Source: Fimicolochytrium jonesii (taxonomy: Eukaryota). Taken from it: DNA of 64,000 nt. How positions within the stretch are numbered: position 1 is the first letter of the stretch; the number at the start of each line of letters is the position of its first letter. Below, piece after piece: positions 11,521 to 23,000 of this stretch. The notes below the pieces were generated by a model. The model saw only the letters and a program-made list of their open reading frames with translations. It searched no databases and was not told the origin of the DNA. A program made the translations under genes and the position numbers. Where the stretch lies: the NCBI RefSeq assembly GCF_025526975.1, contig NW_026515681.1, forward strand, positions 682,001 to 746,000. The letters run 5' to 3'.

Positions 11521-14070
11521 ATTGTGAGGGGTAGCACCGGTGGTCTCTGGAAACTTACTGCATCATACTCGCTGGCGGCACTGAGGTTGGTGTTTTGTAA
11601 AGTGTTTGAGGAACACACCTGCAGCCCTGAGCACATCTCTCTCTGTCTTCACCTTGTCTCTATATCTACTTCATACACCGTTCTCGCTAGGCGAATCCAT
11701 ACGACATTGACATTGATTGTGGCCAAATATACCTCCTGTTCCTGGAAGACCATGGAAGCCATGTGCGTGCGCATGGCCGTTGAACGGGTTTGAGGTCCGC
11801 CTTGGGTCAGTGTGGATTTATACAAGCAAGGCATGGCGATTGAGCAATCCTCCGCCGTCATTTCTGATATGATTTCCTATATCATATACGTCCCCCGAGG
11901 ACCTATGGTCCTCCTCCTGAACACACTATGGAAAAACGGAGTGTCCCGCACCGTCCGAATGTGATAAGATCGCTTCGATCTCTTATGTTACCGTCGCCCC
12001 CAAAGACCTGCGTTCGTCTGAGCATCAACCTTTGCACCAACGGCTACGAAACAAGCTTGCCCAGGCGAACTTCATGTGCTTCAAACTTCAATGGGGTTGA
12101 CTTCCGTGACCTCATCTATGTCGCAAAATTGTACAGGAATATCAGGCTGGCGTGTAGGAGAAACCCTGTGCGGCCCTCGTACATTTACTGTACACAGTCG
12201 CACGCATATCGTGATTGCGTTGCTGTTCATTCGCATCGTCGGGGTTGTCGATCAATGACTAAAGGTAATGTGACACCAGTTCGGCGGCTGCCATTCCGTA
12301 CTTTCCTGCGTACTTTCCAGTAGGTTTTGCGAAACTATTCCAGCGCATTGTGGGGATGTTTTGGCAGCCATGGCTCGGTTGTAGCGAGGCGGATTCGCAT
12401 TTGCTTATGGCGCATTGCGACAGTCTTGGTTGGGCATGGACATCTGAATGGTGTCACTCCACAAATTCGTCGTTGCAGTTTCTCAAATATCCTCATCATC
12501 AACGCGGACCTTTGGATAGCCCTGTCTCGGAAGGCTATCCCTGTTCGTATTATCTCCTCTCTCCAAGTCTCCGTCCATCAGTTCGTCAGCCGTCACGGCG
12601 CGGAGTTGAAAGGTAGGACTTGGACGAGGGCGTCTCCACAAGACAACCTCGGCGCGTTCATCATCTTCCGCCCCCCCCGTTTGCGTACGTATGCGGACTT
12701 CTTTCTCCAACGGTCTGCCCGACGACTTTCAAAATCAAAAGCTCACTCCATAGGCCTCGAAGATCAATTCGGAAGTTCCGACTTTCCGTTGCCAACCTGC
12801 TTGCTACGGTCATTCTGCTCTCGTTCTTTCCTTGGCAAGTCGTAGGGAAGCTTTGTTGATTTTGCAGCTCCCTTCTCATGGCCCGGAGTTGTAAGGAATG
12901 TTACCGACCCACTCTTCCCCAGCACTCATGCTCGCCGGGACCTGCCCACTCATCGTCCATTTTCGAATCCACCATCTCCGACGCGACATTGCGAAGGAAT
13001 TTGCGCCGTGGTATTCTCCTCGCTAGTGTCAAGGTTGATACTTCAAAGTCGAAAAAGAAAGCGAACCTCGGCAAAAGGATCATCGGTGCCATCCCGGCGC
13101 CTCCCCTTTAACCTCACGCTCACCCGCCTAGCCCATTGATGTTTCGCAGGCTGCAAGTCCACGCCTCAGGTCATGGAGCCTTGCCTTTTAGTCACTACTG
13201 GTCAATGAAACTAGACGTTTTGGTTAAGTGGTTGCGTATGCCCCGCGATTCGCTAGACCTATTCCCACGGTAATCTCTGGTCGAGGTTGTAGGTAAAGGT
13301 AGTTCAGAGTGCACCCCATAAACGAAGAATGGGAGCGGCGCAGTCACAATCTCTCTGCTGGTGGGAAAAAGAAGGGGTAGGTGGGAAAAAGAAGGGGTAG
13401 CAGAGAGGGGGGGATTTATCAAGGAGTGTCGGAGTAGTCGGTAGGTAACGCGTGGAAGCCTCTTTTGCGCGTCCGCCCTTCCTCTTCCCCGCGGCGTCAC
13501 ATCCCGTCAAAAGAACACCTCGCCGAGGTGTGAAATGCTGTCAATCGGGGGCTTGCGGCGAGCGCTTCCCACCTCCCTGCGGACAGGAAAACCAGCCGAA
13601 ATGGATGGTCAAAAACCACTCCTCCAACCGCTCAAACCGCTCAGGCTGGGTGTTACTAACTCGAATCCTAACTCTAACCCCAACTGGGGCTGCAAGTTTT
13701 AATTTCCATTTACTTCGAGCGTCTCATGCATTCCTCACCTCTGGACATTGGGTGTACTACGAGCAACGATATGCATGCATTTCCCTCACCAATTCGCACA
13801 AAAAGTTCATCAAACCACATTTTCGTTTTATTCGAGCATACAATGTACAAGAGGATGATACACACCAGAGATAAAGTCCCTCAACCCATCCCCAGAAATG
13901 CTAACCCTCTACAATGTACCGTACGCCGTCATACAACTCGTGAAAAAAGGCAAAGGGTCGATGATGGTAAGAAAGGAATGAAGAAACAAAAGCACAGATG
14001 ATGAAAGAAACTTGAGATGTCGCTCGCCGACCCCGCGGCAAGAGAAATGAAGATGAAAATGATACGAGAA

Positions 14071-17000
14071 TTAAATACTGAAGAGAGCCTTGAACCCTTC
14101 CGTCACGCTTTTCGCGACAGCGGCGGTAGTGGGTGCCTCTTCAGAATCGGAATTCTTCCTGGACTCGAGGCCGCCGAGACCAGAGTCATGCCGGTGGCGT
14201 GCTGTGAGTTGCTCCCGTGCCGGGATAACCGGCGTAGGTGCGGTGGGCGTTTCGGCGAGCAGTTCTTTAAGGACCGTTGCGGCGGATTTCACATGTGCGG
14301 GCGCAAACATTGTATCGTGGCGACCTACCGGGGGGGGGGGGGGGGGGGGGGGGGGAAGAATGAGTACGTGGAGCATGATGCCATGCCGAAACTGATATGA
14401 AACCCTACCTGCAGAAACGCGCAACTGAATGTTTTCACATCTAGCGCCCCATCCATTGTAATCATCCATTCCCGTATCAAAATCGCTCGCACGCCCTGTG
14501 CGGAACCAGGCCCTGTCTTTGGGCACCACCAGTGTCACGAGCCCCTCATACCGCGCAGGGGGCTCATAATCAAATAGGCTCCCGATATTCTTGCCAATCT
14601 CAGTGCGGAGCCTATTCATCCAGGACTCGGAGATATCTGGGAAGTTCTCCGAGATGCGGTCAATGGCGCCTGCGGTCCAATCGGTGGCTTTCAGGGACAT
14701 GCGTTCCTTCCTCGGGATGCAGATCGAGTCGAAGAGGATCAGGTGCTGCACGGTTTCGCCGGCGTCTTGCAGTTTCCGCGCCACGCAGATGGCCACGTTG
14801 CCGCCGAAACTGTATCCGGAGATCACGTAAGGGCCCAGGGGCTGCACCGAGCGGATAAGCGTGATGTAATGGTCGGCCATCTCGTTGATACTGTCGAACC
14901 CGTCGGCTTGTCCGAAATGCTTGTCCCCGATCGCGTAGATCTCGTTCGGAATGAACGCGCCCAACCGCATAAACGGCGTCGCCATTCCCGTCACATCGTG
15001 AATGATGAACAACCTGGGCAAAATCCCTTTTTTCTTGATAGGCAGCAACTCGATCAAGAAATCTTGTTCGGAATCCTCGGCTTCCTGGATCTGCCGCGTC
15101 TCCCTGCCCAGCTGGTCAATGATGAACGCAGCAAGGTCGTGGACACTGCTGCGGATGTACAGGTTGTTGAGCCCCACGTGGACGTTGAATTTCTTGGTGA
15201 TGGCTTCCGCGGCTTGCACGGCCAGCAGCGAGTTCAGGCCGTGGCTAAAGAGGTCATGGTGCGTGCCCAGCGTCGAGGGGTCGATATCTAGCAGCGTCGC
15301 AAAGACGTCGATAAGGTCCGTCTCGATGGAGGATTCGGGTGCGCTGACGGCGTCGTTGGTGGGGAGCAGCGAGGTGAGGTCCATTGCCATCAGTTGCTTG
15401 CGGTCGATCTTCCCGCTGGATGTGCAAGGCATCTGGGGGAGGGCCAGTAGCAAAGAGGGGATGAGGAAGCGGGGGAGGATGGAGGACATGTGCTCTTTGA
15501 GGCCATTGAGCTCATCATCGACTTCGGTGGTTGTGTTTTTGAACTCGACAAAAGCTACGACAGCTTGTTCGTCGTGGATGGGACGCGCGACAGCAGCGCA
15601 GCGTTGGACGTGTTCGTAGCGTTGGATGGTGTCTTCGATCTCGCCGAGCTCGATTCTTTGACCTCGCAGCTAGAATTACCGGGAAGAAAAGGCCTCAACA
15701 AGGGGCAAAAAGTTGGAGCGGAAGCAGATATGCACATATGGAACATACCTTAATCTGGAAATCCCTCCGTCCGATATACTCAATATTCCCATCAGGGCGG
15801 TAACTCGCAATATCCCCCGTCTTGTACAACCTCTCGCCCTTTACGAACGGTGAAGGAATGAAGCTTTCCGCGGTGCGTTCCTCATCGGCAAAGTATCCGG
15901 AAGCAACTTGGATGCCGCCGATGTAGAGCTCGCCTTCGCAGCCGATGGGCACCGGGTTCATCTTTGAATCCAGAATGTAGGCGCGGCAGTTGGCCATGGG
16001 ACGGCCGATGACACCGCTGAGGTCGACGGAGTCGATGTGGGCGCAGATGACGTCCACGGTGGTTTCCGTGGGACCTATTTGGGGAGGTTCGAGTCAGCGG
16101 GGTTGATCCTACGAAAACATGCCCAAAGGAAGAAACATACCAAACATATTCATAAGCCTAGTCCTCTTACACCACTTCTCAATGACCGCCCTGCTCAGCT
16201 TCTCTCCAGCGACCACCACAGTCTCGAGTGTCGGGTAATCGGCAACCGGGACGGTCGCCAAGATACTGGGGGTCAAATGCAGCACATTGATCTTTAGTTG
16301 CGTGATAGCGGTCCCAATATCGCCCAGAACAAGCTCCTTGCGTCCCATGCACAGCGTCGCTCCACAGGCGAGGGTGCCAAAGACGTCCACCATGAATGGG
16401 TCGAAGGTGTATGACAAGGAACTCAGGACCCGCGCCCCTTCGTGATACCCGTAAACGTTGGAATGACGGACAAGGTTGGAGAGAGCGCGGTGGGGCACCT
16501 GTTTGGACGAAGAGAATTCGAAGTCAATGGGAATCGTCCTACAATATCACGCAGACTCAAAGCACAAAAACCCACCATGACACCCTTGGGCTTGCCCGAA
16601 GACCCGCTCGTGAAGCAGATGTACGCTAAATCCGTCGCCGCAATCTCCATCTCGAGATCCTCAGCCGGCAAGCGGGAGATGCGCTTCAGGAAGAACTCAT
16701 CGTCCATGCGGACAACAAGCGCCTGCGACGCAATCCGTCGCTCGAGGAGACGCGCACGGGCGGTGCTGGTGAGCAGGATCTTGGCGCCAACGTCCTTGAT
16801 TAGGGCCTCGGTACGCGCCGGCGGGTCATCCGGGTCAAGAGGAACGAACGCACCACCGCACTTGAGGACGGCAAGAAGACTGACGATCTGAGAAATCCCG
16901 CGGTCTATGCTGAGTGCCACGATACTTCCGGCCTTGACGCCTTGTTGGTTGAAGAAGAGAGCGGCCCGGTTGGCGAGGGCGTTGAGTTCCGCGTAAGTCA

Positions 17001-20000
17001 TGGACTGGTCTTCGTAAGTGACGGCCACGGCATCGGGGGTGAGGATGACTTGTTCCTCGAACAAGACGTGCACACAGCCTTCGACGGGGTCAACCTCACC
17101 CTCCGACGACCACTCATTGATGAGACGGTCACGCTCGGATGCGCTGATGGCAGGGATGTCGACGATCTTGACGTCCGGATTCGAGGCGGCTACTTCGAGG
17201 AGCGATACGTACGCCTGCAGGAACTGCTGGGCGGTGGTATCGGAGAACATAAAGTGGTTGAACCGCAGCACGAACGCGTCTCGGTCCGGGATCGCCGTCA
17301 GCAGGAGCTCGTATTTCTCCTCGGGGTTAGGCAGACCTTCCAAGCGCTCGATGTCGATGTGGTGCCCGGCGAGGGCGTCGCGGATGGCGTTGAGGTCGAT
17401 ACCGCCGGCCGAGAACAAGTGCTTGAATAGGCCGCGCTCCCCGGATCCGCGGCGGATGGAACCAACGATGTCTTCATAGGTCACGTCCTTGTTCTCCATA
17501 CAGGCCATGAAGTTGTCGCGGAAGGCCGACATGTACTCCGTGACGGACATGTTCTCGTCGATGGTGACGCCGATGGGGAGGATGTTGGCAAAGAACCCGA
17601 TGGTGCTTGTCAGCTGGTGCGAGCCACGATCGGTGACCATGGTGCCTACGCAGAACGACCGCTGGGAGGAGTATTTGTACAGGAGGATATTGTAGGCGGC
17701 GAAGAACGTTGCGAATTTGGTGAGGCCGAGTTGGGCGCCGAGGTTGGCGAAGTTCTGCACCACGTCGTGCGGGGCAAGCAATTCCACTTGGGTAACGCTG
17801 GACTGCGCGACTTCCGAGCGCTTGGCGAGGGGAAGGTGGAGTGGCCTGGCGTCCTTGAGCTCGGCCTTCCAGAATGCGAGCTGATCATCCCTCAACAATG
17901 CACGTGCGTCGGCAGTGCGAGCTTGCCAGTCACTAAAGTCGGAAAAGTGGATGTCCAACGGCTTGAGAACGGACCCAGTGCGGTTGATGTAGATCGTTGT
18001 CAGCTCGCTAAAGAAGATTGCCATGGACACCTCTGGATAAGCGAGGGAGGGGAATCAGTAAATGCAGCGCGGAGGTGTGCAATCATCATCTGCCGAAACT
18101 CACCGTCCATGATAATGTGGTGGATGATGACATTGATTGCCCATCGTCCGCTCCCAACCTTGTAAAGGCTAGCCTTCAACAACGGCAGGCTGTCGAGCTT
18201 GAAGTTGGGTTCGTAGTTGGCTTCGACCGACATCTTGTAGGCTCGATCCTCAGCATCGGCGTGCATGCTCAGGTCGATGAATTCGGGTTCAAACTCGACG
18301 AAAGGGTAGATGGTTTGCATCAGCTTCCCCTTCTTCTCGTCCCAGGTGAACTTCGTGCGTAGGGCTCCGTGGCGCTGAACAACCTCGTTAAATGCATCCA
18401 ACATGTACTCGTGGTCGTCGAGATCGCCGTCTCTGGCGGCAACAAGGACGTAGTAGCCTTCATGAGTGTCCCACTGAGTAGCTCCGAAGCGGCTAAGCTT
18501 CTTGTCCGCATTAGCCAATAGCTTTTTGCCATTGCCGGCCTCAGCTTGTGCGACCCAGATGCGGTACTGATGCGCAGATGCCTCGGTGACGTGTGCTTGG
18601 CCGTACACAAGCTTGTCATTGAGCAAAGGCTCGAGTTTCGCGCCGTATTTGCCCTCCATAACATCTTCGACTTGTTTGGAGTCAGAGCCGGCGGTGCTCA
18701 CGTTAACGGCCGCGATCATCGTGTTGAGGTCCGCGATGCTGGTTCGGCCCAGGAGCTGAATCTGACTGACAGCGATGCCAAATTTCATCTTTAGCTTGCT
18801 GCTCAGGTTCGATGCCGCGAGAGAGTCGATTCCGAAACTGGTAAGAGGAGCCTCCTCGGTGAGCTGCGAAGGCTCCAATCCGAGCATGCCGCTGATCATG
18901 CCGACGACGGTGTCGTCCGCCGCGCTGCGCTGACCCGATCCGTCCCCGGAGCTTGCAATCCGGCGGTGGCCCAGCAAGTGGCTGAAGAAGAGGGGTTCGC
19001 AAGTCGGGAAGGTAATCGGAATGTAGTCCGTTGCGAGCATCGGTACGTAGTGGGCGATGCTGGACAGCTCGGAGTTGATCTTCTTTCCGATTCTCCTCCC
19101 GGCGATAGCGTCTCCGACGAAATTGCACACTTGGTCAGTCGTCATCCCCATCTTGCTCAGCTTCTCACCAGCTTTGCTGCCGGTGGCAGCCATACGCTCC
19201 AACATTCGACGGAAAACTCCAACATCCGTGATGGCGGGGAAGGCCATCGATACCGTGTTGGGAAGTTCCTCCGCAATCCTGTCCAGATACAATTGGGATT
19301 GCACGTAGGCAGACTGTCCGGCGTTTCCGGTGACGGCCGCAATACTTGAAACTACAGGGCAGAACATTAAGTTGATAACCATAAATTAGTCACTACCGTT
19401 TGCAATCCCAGGTCACTTACAAAGTAGAAGGAAGTCGATGTCGTTGATCTTCTGCTCCATCACCGACAGAAGAACGTTGAGCGCGCCGACTTTGGATCCC
19501 CAGACGGTCTCGAAGTCTTCGTTGGTAAGATTTGGCAAGATGGAGTCCCGAAGAATCACCGCCATCCTTTTTTGGGCACAATATTGTGTAAGTCATGACG
19601 TAGTAGTAACGGAGTTTGAAAGTCAAGCACACTTACATGAAGATTCCTCCGATAGGTCCCACAGCGCTGGCATCATCAACTAAGCCCTTCATGTGTTCCT
19701 CGCTCAAGGCGTCTGCGGCCACAAGTTCAACGCGCACTCCAAGCTCCCGGAAGTGGTGGACATAGAAACGGTCGACCTTGGTCAGGGCGCGTTCACCACG
19801 ACGGCTGGTGAGGAAGATGTTGCGAGCGCCGAGCTTGATCATCCAGTGCGACATGCGGACACCCAGCTCAGAGCATCCACCGACGAGAAGGTACGTCTTG
19901 ATGGGGTCGAAGATCTGAACAGTCGTGTTCACGCGCTGGGGAGCAGGAAGAGGGTTCATGGTAGCGACGATTGTGTCGTGAGCGAAGTCGGTCGTTCGAG

Positions 20001-23000
20001 TCAAAGCGGCGGGAAGCTCTTCGAAAGACGTAACCTCGACAGGGAATCGGAAGGGTGTTGTCTGATGAGCGGCGACCAGTTTGGAAATAGCTTGCGCAAC
20101 GGCCTCGGGGTTGTATTTGAGGATATCGACCAAGGATACCGTGACGGTGGCGGCGGCGGTTGCAGGCAAGCGGACCTCCTCGGAGGCCGAACGCTTGACA
20201 TGAACGTAGCGGCCCGCAGGGGTGAGGAAGGCAGCATTGGCAACGAACTCGCGGTCGGCCGTAGTGTTGACTGCGTGATCGAAGCCCGATCGACGGTTGG
20301 CTTTCAACCAAGCTTTGAGCTTCCGGGATGCTTCTTCGGGACCGCGGTTGAGCAGAATAGACTGGGGCTCGACTTCAAGGTCTCTGGCAAGCTGTTGAGC
20401 TTGTTCCAAAGTGTCGACGGTGCAGAAAACTTGACCAGAAGGTGCTAGGCGCTTTGCAAGCTGAACCGCAAGGTACCCCGTGGTGGTGTGAGCATTGGCG
20501 ATGAGGAAAGAGTCCGTGGCGCGAATGAGTCCCTGTTCAACGAAGGCGATCCAAATCGGTAGCAGGGCAGGTAGCAAAGCAGCGACTTCGATACTCGCCG
20601 AAGAGCCATCTAGGCGTGCCACGCCAGCAATGCGAGGATATACCACGTCAGCGATGGGACGGGTAGCGCTCGAGGTTGCGATTCCTACAATGTCTTTTGT
20701 AACGAATCCGAAAACGTTGTCCGTGCTGCCAACGTTGGAGCCGACAGACACGGCATCCACCTTTACTTGCATGAATTCGTGATCTTCGCTGCTGATGACG
20801 GGTTGAGGGAAATAAGCCGCCAACTCCCAATTCCCGGCAGCAGATCGAACCAGTTGCATGTGCTCCGCGTCGGGTTGTTTCACGGCTAGATCGCTGGGCA
20901 CGAGCCTGCGAACGGTGAGCTTGCCGTCCTTCGTGAGGCGCATGTGCTGTTCAAGGAGCTCGGGGTTCTTGCGAAGACTGTAGATCAAGGCGTTTCGGTC
21001 CTGCTCAGAAAGTGTTTGGTCCTCAAACAGAATGGAGCGCACAGTGAATTCGGGCTGTTCGGCGGCGAAGCAGGCGGCGACGCCGAGAGCCCCAATGCCC
21101 GCGGCATCATCGTTTCCGACAATATAAAGCTCGGTGGAAGGCGCTTGCACCTTCACAGCTTCCGCAAGTTCTCCTTCATTGCCTCGGTGCATGTGGAAAA
21201 TGGTGACCTGACCGTTCGTGTCTTCGGGAGAAGCTTCGGCGAACTCGATCGGAACCGCGGGACGGCTGAAGACGAGCAGATGGCTTCCGTCGTCAAGTTT
21301 CTCGAGTTCCAGTCGGTCGTCCTCGGTCCGCTTGAAGAACGAAGAGACGTCGTTGAGAAGGTCGACCTTGATACCTGGGATAAAGAGCAATGTCAATGGG
21401 TTGGAGAGGTTGTAGAGTAAGCGGTAGCAAGGGCTAACTTTACCTGGGACGTGAGCCAGAAGACAACCTCCAGGAACTAGCAGGGAGCTAACCGCTTGAA
21501 CTTCGTCTCTCCAGAGTTCGCCGAGGTCGACAATATCCAGCGAGTGAAGAACGATGTCATAGGATCCCGCACGAAGAGTCGTCTCTTCCGCGGAGATCGG
21601 ATCGAAGATGCCGGACTCTACATTAGCGTACTTCATTCCCTCGCTCTTTGCGTCGGCCGTTTCGGCATCCCCCGCCGCACAAGTGTATTCTATGGAGAGT
21701 TCAGTGGCATCCACGGCGAGCAAGATCGGGTCGAGGGCCTTGGCCAAAGCGGCGTCAGGAGACAGGTCGGCGATTCGAAGAGCCTTCCGCTGGCCGAGCA
21801 AAACGGTGTGTGCGATAATCTCTTTCACCGTAGCGGCAGCAGTTGCATGCAGAGAGTCGGTGTGGAGAGACAGGATGCGGGTTTCGGGAAGGATCATCTC
21901 CTTTGCCTGCCAGCAAGTGGTAAGCCTCTCCTTGACGTTGGCATCGCTCACGCAAACTGCCTTCTCGGTTGGTAGCCGCGCGATCTCGAAGTCCTCCATG
22001 GTCAGAAGGACGCGACCATCTTCGAGAGCAATAGTGTAGCTTGCGACGTAAGGCCCGTCCGGAGACCAGGTGTCGAAATGGAAATGGACATAAACGTCCT
22101 TTCCGCGAATGACCTCGTCGACAATGGACTTGGAGTCCTCCCAACGCGTGATGCAGCCAATCTTGACAGGCACAAACAATCCGTTCATGTCGAAGCTGAG
22201 GGTTTCGAATTGGATGAACATCGCCAGACCGATCTGAGTCATGCTGTCTAGAATGCCTGGGTGCAGGACATAGCCGCGGTCGAACAGGTCGGGGTAGTCT
22301 TGCTTGATCGAAAACTTGCCGAGGTAAGATGTGCCGCCCCACGAGTTTGGGTCGTTCAGCTGGTGGACTTCGGCCAGGAAGTCCCGGAAGGAGCCGGTGT
22401 AATTGTAGCCTTTTGGGATAGCGCCGTGGAACTGGTCGCCCGTCATCTTGGCGGTAGACATCCCAAGCCATTTCTGGATGTCGGCGGTGGGAGGGTTTTG
22501 CTTGTCCAACGCGGGGTTGGTGTAGGCCAGACAGCCGGAGGCATGCACGGTGTCAAAAACGACATCTCCATTCTTGAACTCCTGGTTAGTGGCGGACTTG
22601 AACTGGAACTTGTCGCCTTCGATGGCGCAGGCGACGTGAATGGGGAGAGACTCTGCGTCAGGCAGAACGAGGGCCTTTCCGATGATGACGTCCTTCACTA
22701 CCATCGCCTGGTTTTGCAGAACGGCCTCGACGTATCCCGACCCCGGGAAGAGGACACTGTCCATAACCGTGTGACCCACGAGGGCGGGGTGGGTGCTGAC
22801 ACTGAGGCGGAAGTGAGGTGCGCCGAGAGGAAGACTGTCTTCTTGGTGCTTGCGGGAGTAAGCACTTTGGTCTTCCTTCCAGCAAGAACGCTTGGAGGTG
22901 TATGGGTACGGAGGCAGAGCGACTTCCACAAAGTCGGCGACATTGGTGATGGCGACATGTTCTTGTGCCTTTGATGGAAGGGCGCACAATTTGTCGAAAT

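Noticed and set aside
11900..13110. Short ORFs between CWC25 and the PKS-NRPS 3' end
   Set aside because: No recognisable domain or consistent exon chain
13361..13400. 20-bp tandem duplicate GTGGGAAAAAGAAGGGGTAG
   Set aside because: Simple local slippage duplication with no further structure
14330..14356. Poly-proline stretch in the ORF-track translation of the TE
   Set aside because: It lies inside a GT-AG intron and is the polypyrimidine tract
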